This document shows positions 18,431-25,975 of a stretch of DNA of 54,120 nucleotides, one piece after another (position 1 is the stretch's first letter; each line of letters begins with the position of its first letter). Source of the stretch: a virus (lineage: Duplodnaviria > Caudoviricetes); IMG/VR virus record IMGVR_UViG_3300009788_000118, positions 1 to 54,120 of that record. One strand, 5' to 3'. The notes below the pieces were generated by a model that ran no database searches, was not told where the DNA came from, and saw only the letters and a program-made list of their open reading frames with translations. A program made the position numbers and the translations under genes.

Positions 18431-18703
18431 CTAAGTGGATTTTGCTGCGGTTGCTGGTTCTTTGGATAAGTTCATTTGAAACATTGAGATCGTTTCAACC
18501 TCTTCCGGACTCACTGGCATTTGATAAATCATGGCAATTACTTTGAGCGCACTAGGTTGAACTTCTGGTGCAATGTTTGCGGCCATGAAATTGAGAACAG
18601 TCATCCAGTCATCTTTTGTGTTAGGCTCGCAGTTGTTAAGCATTTGCTTCTTTGCTTCTTGAAGAAGCATCTTCGGACTTACTAAGTTTCTCTTATCCAC
18701 CAT
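18431..18703 (-). CDS. Hypothetical protein
   Basis: AGGAGGTGA RBS. Confidence 0.6.
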   Translation of the reverse strand: MVDKRNLVSPKMLLQEAKKQMLNNCEPNTKDDWMTVLNFMAANIAPEVQPSALKVIAMIYQMPVSPEEVETISMFQMNLSKEPATAAKST

Positions 18704-19034
18704 CTGTATCACCTCCTTTTTTAAGATTATAATATGTTTTATGTTCTTTAGCTACAGCCTCTCCGAGATACGATTCGTCGATGTTTTTAGCATCAAACAA
18801 CCATCGAGGCATATCAAGCTCGTAGATATCAATAAGTTCAATCTGACTTAAAGGTAGCCAGACTTTCCTACTGCCAAATAGGCATAATGCTGCACCTGAA
18901 TGTTTTTTAGTAGGAAGAGTTCGTTTGATGGCTCCATCAAAGTGGACAGGGATTATTGTATTTCCATCTTCATCAAAACTTATGCGAGTCATTGAGGAAA
19001 CATTTTTGATGCTTGCCATATGATGACAAGCCAT
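18693..19034 (-). CDS. Hypothetical protein
   Basis: VWLPLSQIE...MPRWL motif. Confidence 0.55.
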   Translation of the reverse strand: MACHHMASIKNVSSMTRISFDEDGNTIIPVHFDGAIKRTLPTKKHSGAALCLFGSRKVWLPLSQIELIDIYELDMPRWLFDAKNIDESYLGEAVAKEHKTYYNLKKGGDTDGG

Positions 19035-19131
19035 ATGGCAAGCGTGAAAACAACAGCAAGAATGATGCTAACGATAAAAGCCCCATCGCTTCTTTTTGCT
19101 CTAAGATTGTATCTTTTCATAATAACCTCCT

Positions 19132-19422
19132 CTATGTTGGCTCATTTCTTTGTTTCTCTCTCATAACCATTCCATCCTCAGCCCACTCAGCCCAAGGCTC
19201 AGTTAGGGACGATGTCTTTTTTACTGCTGGAAGTCCTTCAATCCTGTGCCAACAATGGCCCCAACGTTGATCTCCCCAACAGTTACATTTCCATCCTGAT
19301 TTAGTTTTTCGGATCGTGTACTCCTCTTTGAGATGGCCTTTGTCTATGATACAGACACCAGCCATCTCGAAAAGCTCGAACAGGTACTCGATTCCTTTGT
19401 GTTTAATCTTCTTTTGTTTCAT
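19132..19422 (-). CDS. SWIM zinc-finger-like protein
   Basis: CNCWGDQRWGHCWH (CxC...CxH). Confidence 0.65.
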   Translation of the reverse strand: MKQKKIKHKGIEYLFELFEMAGVCIIDKGHLKEEYTIRKTKSGWKCNCWGDQRWGHCWHRIEGLPAVKKTSSLTEPWAEWAEDGMVMREKQRNEPT

Positions 19423-19502
19423 TGTCTACCCAGATTCTGAGTTTTATCATGATAGATATTGCAACGATGAGAAAAGCCGTGCCTATGATAAAGTTCCACA
19501 TT

Positions 19503-19913
19503 TTAATCCTCCTTCAAGGAGCTTAATGTTCCTTTTTCGGCCATTTCTTTAATCATCTTTTCAAGCCTTCCATCCTTAGCCATCTCAAGATAGTCTGCAT
19601 CTGAGAGTTGATCAATCTTATCTTTCTTCTTAGGAAATTTGATACGCGTCACCGGAGTAAGTTCGATTTCGATCTCATTTTTAGTCTTTATGAGTTCCTT
19701 GAGATCTAACGTATGTTCTTCTGCTTCGATGAGCAGCTTTTTCTTCCTGGCAGCGATCTGCCGTATTCGATGTGTTATATCTTTGAGATCTTGCTGAGGA
19801 TCTTTTCCACGATAGAATTTTGCTTTACGAGGAATTGTTAATCCAAATCTCTTTGCAGCTTCTTCCATAATAGATTTATGTTCTCGATACTCTTCTAAAG
19901 TTTCCTCTGACAT
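19503..19913 (-). CDS. Hypothetical coiled-coil protein
   Basis: AGGAGGT RBS before ATG 19913. Confidence 0.65.
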   Translation of the reverse strand: MSEETLEEYREHKSIMEEAAKRFGLTIPRKAKFYRGKDPQQDLKDITHRIRQIAARKKKLLIEAEEHTLDLKELIKTKNEIEIELTPVTRIKFPKKKDKIDQLSDADYLEMAKDGRLEKMIKEMAEKGTLSSLKED

Positions 19914-19929
19914 TTGGATTACCTCCTTT

Positions 19930-20130
19930 TGAGCCGAGGAGAGGATGACAGGACACATCTCGGTATCTCTGTCTGTCCTTCTCCTCAGCTGGATATGCCA
20001 CAAGCACGGCCTTGTAACTTATGATAGCTGAGATACGGTATAATCTACGGCAACATAGTCCGACCCGTCTCAACCAGCCCTCGGATCTCTTCCTACATGC
20101 TTGAGTCATAAGATTTCTGCTTGTAGCACG
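19930..20130 (-). ncRNA. Candidate structured intergenic RNA
   Basis: Helices 19996-20006/20118-20128, 20018-20024/20106-20112 (nested) and 19932-19942/19980-19990, with G-U pairs on the minus strand. Confidence 0.45.
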
Positions 20131-20132
20131 AT

Positions 20133-20339
20133 TTATGAAAGTTCTTTTATTGATCTTTCCACTTGTTGCATTGCCCAATCAAGATTCTCGACTTTCATCT
20201 TGTCAACTACCTCATCTATAGGTAGCTCAAGGTTCTTGTGAGAATACATGCACTTAAAGATTAGCTGGTTTCTATCTGGCAACTGAGCAAGGCCATCTTT
20301 TAATGTTTGTCTTGCAAAATCCTCTAATTGTTTGTTCAT
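20133..20339 (-). CDS. Hypothetical protein
   Basis: AAGGAG RBS. Confidence 0.65.
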   Translation of the reverse strand: MNKQLEDFARQTLKDGLAQLPDRNQLIFKCMYSHKNLELPIDEVVDKMKVENLDWAMQQVERSIKELS

Positions 20340-20351
20340 AATTTATGCTCC

Positions 20352-20567
20352 TTAACTGGATGTTATAGGAATCGATCCTGGCCTTCGAATATCATCATGC
20401 TCTCTAATAGCTTTACCTTCATAAGATCCCTCGATCTCGACCATTGAGTACATGCTTGAGATCATACTATCCCGCTTTCTGATGGCATTTTCTTCTAAAT
20501 AAAAAGTGCCGGCATCTTCTCTTTTTCTGAGACGGAAAGATGAGTAACTTTGAGCATTATTTATCAC
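20352..20567 (-). CDS. Hypothetical protein
   Basis: ORF track; start uncertain. Confidence 0.4.
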   Translation of the reverse strand: MINNAQSYSSFRLRKREDAGTFYLEENAIRKRDSMISSMYSMVEIEGSYEGKAIREHDDIRRPGSIPITSS

Positions 20568-20645
20568 CTCCTTTCACGAATCTTTTATCCATCGCGATGC
20601 TTACTTGATTCTCCATTTGTTTCCTCCTTTCATCTAAACAGGCTC

Positions 20646-20672
20646 GGAGGTTGAGATTTCCTCTCAACCTCC
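20646..20672 (-). terminator. Stem-loop (possible terminator/processing site)
   Basis: GGAGGTTGAGA/TCTCAACCTCC 11-bp inverted repeat after the stop at 20681. Confidence 0.5.
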
Positions 20673-20680
20673 TGGTCTGA

Positions 20681-21034
20681 TTAGATTAAGTTGCTCCACT
20701 TTGCTATGCCATGCCACTGATCAACTGGTATGGTATCACAAATTTCGTTTGCTATGCCATTTAGTTCATCCTGAAGCTCGTTCCACTTTTCATAACTCAT
20801 CCCGCTAGGGAGATAGAAAGGAGCCATTATTGGCATGCAGTGATGAATATCCATCGTACTGATCTGGAAGGCTACCATTCTCCAGACGTAATCGATAATG
20901 CCTGTTCCTCTAGGTCGCCTCTTGTGAAGCCGTCCATGTCTATCTGTGATTTCTGAAATCATCGCTTTCGCTAATGCAGACAAACCTTTAGCTTTATCTG
21001 TTAGCATCGGCATTGGAAGTCCTAATGTTTCCAC
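20681..21034 (-). CDS. Hypothetical protein
   Basis: AAGGAGG RBS, GTG start. Confidence 0.65.
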   Translation of the reverse strand: METLGLPMPMLTDKAKGLSALAKAMISEITDRHGRLHKRRPRGTGIIDYVWRMVAFQISTMDIHHCMPIMAPFYLPSGMSYEKWNELQDELNGIANEICDTIPVDQWHGIAKWSNLI

Positions 21035-21048
21035 TTTTAAACACCTCC

Positions 21049-21270
21049 TTATGGTAGTTTTCCTTTGAAACCATGACGTCCCATGTGAATTCTTACAGAG
21101 ATCGTTTCGTTATCTTTCATGAAGAGACCGAGATTATTTATGTGTTGCTCTATAGCAAGGATCGCTTTATGTTTCTTTTCTTCGATCTCTTTAGACGTCA
21201 CATCTAGTTTAATGTTCGGTAATGTGATTATCACCTTAGCCGGAACTTTAAATCTTAGCATATTTTTCAT
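21049..21270 (-). CDS. Hypothetical protein
   Basis: AAGGAG RBS. Confidence 0.55.
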   Translation of the reverse strand: MKNMLRFKVPAKVIITLPNIKLDVTSKEIEEKKHKAILAIEQHINNLGLFMKDNETISVRIHMGRHGFKGKLP

Positions 21271-21352
21271 CTCCTTTATCCTTGAGTGCTCATCCAAAAA
21301 GCCATTGCAATAATAATCAAACAAAGAATTGCAAGATCCCACATTCTGTTTT

Positions 21353-21706
21353 TCATGTTATCTCCGGATTAATACGATCGTCGATGTCATCTTCATCCTT
21401 GTCACCCCCTCTCTTTTTGACATCCTGTCTCCAGGAGTTAAGATTTGTAATGCATCCCATATCATGAGCTAGTCGGACTCCATAGTCAGCATGTTCTTGA
21501 CATCGATACATCTCTCCGTTCCAGAATAGAGATGGACAGCTTTTATCATCGTTATACAAGTCATCCAAAATCTTGATGCCGTACCTTCTTCTAGCCACCT
21601 CACATGGTCCTGCCATGCAGCAATAGCCACATCCTACACATGATGGAAACTTCATTTCTTTTATTAGCTCCTTAAATGTTGGTTCCAGTTTATTCTTACA
21701 CACCAA
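21353..21706 (-). CDS. CxxCxxCC (YkgJ-like) Fe-S/Zn cluster protein
   Basis: CVGCGYCCMAGPC...CPSL...YRC. Confidence 0.65.
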   Translation of the reverse strand: MVCKNKLEPTFKELIKEMKFPSCVGCGYCCMAGPCEVARRRYGIKILDDLYNDDKSCPSLFWNGEMYRCQEHADYGVRLAHDMGCITNLNSWRQDVKKRGGDKDEDDIDDRINPEIT

Positions 21707-21739
21707 TTCATCACCTCCTTCTCTGGCTAGTTACCCAAT

Positions 21740-21786
21740 CCTGCCGATTAAGGAACCTGCCTTTTGGAACCATTTTAATCGGCAGG
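21740..21786. repeat. 12-bp inverted repeat (stem-loop)
   Basis: CCTGCCGATTAA...TTAATCGGCAGG in intergenic space. Confidence 0.55.
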
Positions 21787-21856
21787 CTTTGGTATCTAGG
21801 TATTCATATTATCACCTTCTTTCATTAAAGGTGAGTAAGAGAGACATTGTGAATCT

Positions 21857-22228
21857 TTACCATGTCTCCGGTGTTGGATGATCTATGAGGTATTTTTCAA
21901 TTTGATCTTCTTCTCCAAAGATCCCGAGAGTAACTTCCGTGTTGTCATCAGCAATACCAATATACTCCTTCTTTTCAAAATTCATAATTATGTCAGTTTT
22001 GATGATGAGTTCGGTTAACTTTCTGTTGATCAACTTATCTTGTTCCATTTTACCCCTTCCTTCGTTATCATAGAATTTTATGATCTTTCGAGTCAGTTCC
22101 ATGTCCGCGCTGATGCGTTTATCCAGCTCCCAGCATCGGTCGCACATTCTTGTACCAATCATGAGAGTCGGCTCGTTGCACCATTTGCATGGCACGGTTA
22201 GATCTTTGTCTTTTACATATCTAAGCAT
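21857..22228 (-). CDS. Hypothetical protein with N-terminal zinc finger
   Basis: CKWC...CDRC. Confidence 0.6.
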   Translation of the reverse strand: MLRYVKDKDLTVPCKWCNEPTLMIGTRMCDRCWELDKRISADMELTRKIIKFYDNEGRGKMEQDKLINRKLTELIIKTDIIMNFEKKEYIGIADDNTEVTLGIFGEEDQIEKYLIDHPTPETW

Positions 22229-22249
22229 TTTCTCATCCCTCCCATTTTC

Positions 22250-22480
22250 TCATCCCTCCCATCCTATTTTCTTTGATATCTCTGGATTGAATCCACCGAG
22301 TTTGTTAAATCTCTCCTTGAAGTAATCAGAAAGAGGGAGATCAGATCTGAAGTAGATGTGTCCACTAGGAGCAAACCTCCATAGGCTTGCCATCTCTTCC
22401 TGAGATAGTTTGTCAATATTCTTTTTATGTTGTTCTATCCTTTCATCGGTTATCATTTTCATCACCTCTTTTTTTTTCAT
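22250..22480 (-). CDS. Hypothetical phage protein
   Basis: MASLWRFAPSGH...GGFNPEISKKIGW; start uncertain. Confidence 0.65.
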   Translation of the reverse strand: MKKKEVMKMITDERIEQHKKNIDKLSQEEMASLWRFAPSGHIYFRSDLPLSDYFKERFNKLGGFNPEISKKIGWEG

Positions 22481-23070
22481 GATATTAGTAAGATGATGGA
22501 AATAGATGATCTATCACTTCAGATCAAATTTCTCCATCACCCGTAAATATCAGGAAGTGTAATTGTTATCCGTTGAAAGAGATTGGCTAGCGGGGTGTCA
22601 TCCGTTTGCTGGCATACTTAGCTTAGAATCAAAGCGTCATCCACTTTGTAGTCCTGCTCGGTCGTGGCAGTCCTCTGCCGTTTGATCGGCGATACCAAGT
22701 GCATCGGTCTCAAGGAGGCTCTGCTCACACGTCCTGGTGCGTAGGATGGTCGGAGGGAAGGCATTCTCGCTACTAGCAGGGGACTGAGTATCTCCACACC
22801 CAGCCTTACGTTGGCAATGTTCCCTCACACATGTTCCCTCACACATGTTGACGCTTTGATCTTTGGGTCGCATTCACAGCCCAGAAGATCCCCTCTCAGG
22901 TCTTTCTCTGCTCGATTGTCAAGGTACATGTCACTTACGATCAAAAGACCTCTAAGGCTATGCGGTGCCGTGTATACAGGCTTTGCAGTCCTCAGAGTTA
23001 GATCAAGAAGAGCAGATGATCCAGTCACGTCTCGCCCGGAACTCCGCTCTTTTTGAAGTAACTCTAAAGT
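22480..23070 (-). ncRNA. Candidate large (~590 nt) structured ncRNA
   Basis: GC-richer gap without a convincing CDS; many helices incl. 12-bp long-range pair 22628-22639/22849-22860. Confidence 0.5.
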
Positions 23071-23090
23071 ATATTTTTGTTTCATGATCT

Positions 23091-23222
23091 TTACTTGATG
23101 CGTATGGCGTCTTTTAGGTTGAAAAATAGGCGGCACTTTTTACAAGTTCTAAAGCCCGCCTGCAGAGACCGTCTCCAATGTTTTCTACCTGCTTTACATT
23201 TTGGGCAACCAAATTTCATCAT
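23091..23222 (-). CDS. Small zinc-ribbon protein, first gene of the left operon (not in ORF track)
   Basis: MMKFGCPKCKAGRKHWRRSLQAGFRTCKKCRLFFNLKDAIRIK; GAGG RBS. Confidence 0.55.
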   Translation of the reverse strand: MMKFGCPKCKAGRKHWRRSLQAGFRTCKKCRLFFNLKDAIRIK

Positions 23223-23255
23223 CCCAACCTCAACCTATCTTCATTTTCAACCTCC

Positions 23256-23284
23256 ATTCTACTACAAAAAAGCCAGGTTGTCAA
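23256..23284 (-). promoter_or_regulatory. Strong sigma70-type early promoter
   Basis: TTGACA-17 nt-TAGAAT at the head of the minus-strand arm. Confidence 0.8.
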
Positions 23285-23298
23285 GTCTTTTTTTGGGC

Positions 23299-23384
23299 CG
23301 TAAGTGCCTGAAATAACTCAAGAAAGTCATATACCTGTAAGTTTCACTGTAAACCGAGAAACTTAGTAATTTCAGACACTTACG
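23299..23384. repeat. Inverted pair of IHF-like sites
   Basis: CGTAAGTGCCTGAAATAACT (23299-23318) vs reverse complement of 23365-23384, 18/20 identical. Confidence 0.6.
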
Positions 23385-23746
23385 CGCCCTAAAACATGCG
23401 ATCCCATGCCTTATCCTGTTCAACGGCTGATGCTAGTCACTTGATTGGTCAAAGGGATGGGCTGAGTGATACATTCAAGCAAAGGGATAGGCTAGGAAGC
23501 CTTCCAGTGAGTGCAGGAACTCTGAATTATCCTCTAGCTTAACGCTGGAGGTATCGTGTATCGTATCTTGATCCATCGTTCCTACTCCGCTGCTCTGAGT
23601 TATCCCGGCGACTCCCCGTAACCCCTTGATTTTTCTCGGTTTACCTTGAGTTATCCCTCACCTAGTTTAACCCAATTTAACAACACAAAAAACCCAACAA
23701 TTCCGGTCTCTTACCAGTTATCCCAATTTCCCAGTTATCCCTCTGG

Positions 23747-23778
23747 TAGTCACTTTCAAAAGCGGTAAAAATACGAAC
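23747..23778. repeat. 13-6-13 site, copy 4 (inverted, degenerate)
   Basis: Reverse complement GTTCGTATTTTTA-CCGCTT-TTGAAAGTGACTA. Confidence 0.5.
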
Positions 23779-23891
23779 ATGACCCATCTCTCACTTGCTC
23801 CTCCCTCCGATTCGGGTTGGGTGCATTGACTTATGGAAAAATAAATAAAAAAATATACAAGCTACCTTTACTTCTCTTTCCTTACCACCTC

Positions 23892-23923
23892 CTCCGTAAT
23901 TTCACCCCGTTAAAAATACGGAG
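23892..23923. repeat. 13-6-13 palindromic site, copy 5
   Basis: CTCCGTAATTTCA-CCCCGT-TAAAAATACGGAG. Confidence 0.75.
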
Positions 23924-24224
23924 ATGAGATATAGACATGTTGACCCTTTCCAATTTGTGTAAAACGACCTCCGGACAGATAACTGGGAAATTAGGGAAAC
24001 TTGTAAGTGTTTGAAATTGTTGGAGAAAACGTGTTGTTTAATTGAGTTAAATATAGTGAGGGATAACTGGGGGATAACCTAGTTATTTCAACGACTTAGG
24101 AGGGGCCAGACCTTTACTCTGGGATAACTCTATCTAATTAGATGGATCAAATTAGTGTAACCGACTGAAATAACTAGGTTTTTAGCTCTACCCGTAACCC
24201 TCCGATTTTCTTGGAGAAATTGAG

Positions 24225-24256
24225 TTCCGTATTTTTACCGCGTTAAAGTTATGAAG
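24225..24256. repeat. 13-6-13 palindromic site, copy 6
   Basis: TTCCGTATTTTTA-CCGCGT-TAAAGTTATGAAG. Confidence 0.65.
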
Positions 24257-24358
24257 ATGGGTTGAAAGTCATGAATTTGAATAGATTTGAATAGATTTGG
24301 TTGTGGGTGTTTTATTAAAAGACCTCGAAAGCGAATGAATAAATCTCACGGATTAGTT

Positions 24359-24374
24359 TGGCACAGTTCTTGCA
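24359..24374 (+). promoter_or_regulatory. Sigma54 (-24/-12) promoter
   Basis: TGGCAC-AGTTC-TTGCA consensus. Confidence 0.65.
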
Positions 24375-24474
24375 AGGGAGGATTCGGCTCGATCACGACA
24401 ATGGATGATCTCACCTATCACCGACAATGGATGATCCGACAATACTCCCGACACTTATGCCGGCTGCAGGCATC

Positions 24475-24717
24475 TTGTGAAAACCTTCACAAAGGCATGT
24501 GAAAATTTTCACGATCGCTTGTGAATCTTTTCACTTGATCCTTGTGAAAGGATTCACATTGTGTCAAAATATTGACAGCCACATTGTGATATCCTACTTT
24601 GTGGTATGTCAAAATATTGACGGAACCAGGACACATCAGGTATTTAAGACCTTTTTTGTCCTAGTTAGATGTGTCAAAAAATTGACGCTCGCTTGCCAGA
24701 TCGTCAAAATATTGGCA
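24475..24717. promoter_or_regulatory. Array of eight TGT-N10-ACA-type palindromic binding sites
   Basis: TGTGA-N6-TCACN at 24476, 24498, 24520, 24543; YGTCAAAAWATTGRCR at 24562, 24607, 24672, 24702. Confidence 0.75.
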
Positions 24718-24851
24718 CTGTGAAATAAAGCCACAGTTCGCTATAAGTTGCTGATTTTACAGCATATTTTACTGTGGCTTTATTGCCAGAATCGTGGTCT
24801 TTTTACCACAAATTTCCAGTGCAATTTTCTCGTTGCCATTTTTCTGGGGGC

Positions 24852-24864
24852 TAACTTGCTGATA
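24852..24864. promoter_or_regulatory. IHF-like site between palindrome array and sigma54 promoter
   Basis: TAACTTGCTGATA is the reverse complement of a WATCARNNNNTTR match. Confidence 0.55.
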
Positions 24865-24900
24865 TCACTCATAAAAATAGTTCAGTTCCTCGCCCCTTTT

Positions 24901-24916
24901 TGGCACAAAAGTTGCA
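24901..24916 (+). promoter_or_regulatory. Sigma54 (-24/-12) promoter
   Basis: TGGCAC-AAAAG-TTGCA, 30 bp upstream of the ATG at 24947 (GGGAGG RBS). Confidence 0.75.
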
Positions 24917-24946
24917 CCTTAAAAGTAGTAAAAAGGGAGGAACCAA

Positions 24947-25111
24947 ATGAAAAAAGCAAGTCGAAAAATAGGAACACCAAAACAGAGGGTAGTTTTTCAG
25001 TGCAATTTCTGTCAACACATTTGGAAAAGGATGATCTCACCTAAAACTTTTGAGGTTGTCTGCCCTAAGTGCAAGGAAATTGACACTGAAATTATTGGGA
25101 TCACAGAGTAA
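24947..25111 (+). CDS. Small zinc-ribbon protein (54 aa; not in ORF track)
   Basis: MKKASRKIGTPKQRVVFQCNFCQHIWKRMISPKTFEVVCPKCKEIDTEIIGITE; GGGAGG RBS. Confidence 0.7.
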   Translation: MKKASRKIGTPKQRVVFQCNFCQHIWKRMISPKTFEVVCPKCKEIDTEIIGITE

Positions 25112-25236
25112 GGAGGCTAACGCAGTGGAACTCAATTCAACTCAGTTTAACTCATTTTTGTCGGTCCTGGGTAGCTTGAACCCAGTTAGCCTTGGCTTGA
25201 CTGACTATTCCACAAATGAAGGGAGGTGAACACACT

Positions 25237-25560
25237 ATGACAAAGTTAAGCGCAAAACTCGTTAAAGAAACTAAAACTCACAGAACTCTGAGTGTTCCTG
25301 CTTATTCAGACGGAGTCCTGGTCGGTTGGGGTCAAGTTGAAGTATTCCAGACCACTCCGGCAGGGTTAGAGGCAGCCCGCAAGGCTTTAACAAAAGGTAA
25401 CGTAGTTGACCTTAATCGGCAGACTATTACCGATGTTAAGAACGCTATAAGGACCGGAAGGTCATTATGGGCAGCTTTAAAGAAGGAGAGCGCAAAGAAC
25501 CCTGAATTAGCTAAAGAGGTCGAAGTCTTGGCTAAAAAGTACGGGTTTAACGTGAAGTAG
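25237..25560 (+). CDS. Hypothetical protein, paralogue of 11921..12247
   Basis: GGAGGTGA RBS; shared motifs. Confidence 0.75.
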   Translation: MTKLSAKLVKETKTHRTLSVPAYSDGVLVGWGQVEVFQTTPAGLEAARKALTKGNVVDLNRQTITDVKNAIRTGRSLWAALKKESAKNPELAKEVEVLAKKYGFNVK

Positions 25561-25617
25561 TATACTTACTCCGAAGGGAACACTAACAAGCTAGTGTAAC
25601 CCAACCACTCTTAACCT

Positions 25618-25656
25618 AGGGCGGTCTGACTAATTAGAGGCCGCCCTTTCTTATTT
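25618..25656 (+). terminator. Intrinsic terminator
   Basis: AGGGCGGTCT-loop-AGGCCGCCCT-TTCTTATTT. Confidence 0.7.
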
Positions 25657-25851
25657 AGCACACCTCGAACCGAATTAAACTCAATTTAACTGAATAAAAT
25701 GCATTTTTACACAATTTAAAATTTCTGGGGAGGCATCTCGAACCGAGCATCGATTTTCAACTAGATAGCAAAGACTACAAAGGTGTGTGAGAGGGGATGG
25801 AGGAGAGTGGCAAACGCATGGAGGCGAACGCCTCTAATCCGTATAAAGTCC

Positions 25852-25880
25852 TTGACAAAGGGCGAGGGGTATGGTATTCT
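25852..25880 (+). promoter_or_regulatory. Sigma70-type promoter for the packaging operon
   Basis: TTGACA-17 nt-TATTCT with extended -10 TG. Confidence 0.65.
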
Positions 25881-25975
25881 AGGATCAGATGGATATGAAT
25901 AGCGGAGACTATAAAGGTGGGTAGAGATGAGCGACAACTTGAGAGATTTGGTTAAAAACTTGCAGAGGGAAGAAG

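Larger units (their letters stand above)
23568..24150. repeat. Large imperfect inverted repeat with AGTTATCCC iteron-like units around an AT-rich core (origin or packaging site)
   Basis: AGTTATCCC at 23598, 23649, 23716, 23733; GGGATAAC at 24060, 24072, 24121; ~100-bp alignable inverted arms. Confidence 0.7.

Noticed and set aside
19940-20120. Hammerhead ribozyme (CTGAGGA and GAAA present)
   Set aside because: Stems I and II cannot be formed in the required register
22480-23070. Group I/II intron or RNase P identity for the large RNA
   Set aside because: GGACTG/CAGTCC faintly recalls group I P7, but no interrupted gene, group II domain V or RNase P GAGGAAAGUCC motif was found
23598-23741. 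AGTTATCCC as DnaA boxes
   Set aside because: Shares only TTATCC with TTATCCACA and the 3' end consistently differs
23892-23923. 13-6-13 site as a canonical dif site
   Set aside because: Geometry is similar, but the arms do not match the XerC/XerD consensus
22637-25044. ORF-track ORFs 22637..22873, 22811..23056, 22825..23136, 23077..23316, 24287..24502, 24499..24723, 24748..25044
   Set aside because: No clear RBS, atypical composition, and they overlap structured RNA or binding-site arrays
22555-25725. Additional weak 13-6-13-like matches near 22555 and 25697
   Set aside because: One arm or the spacer length deviates too much to count by eye
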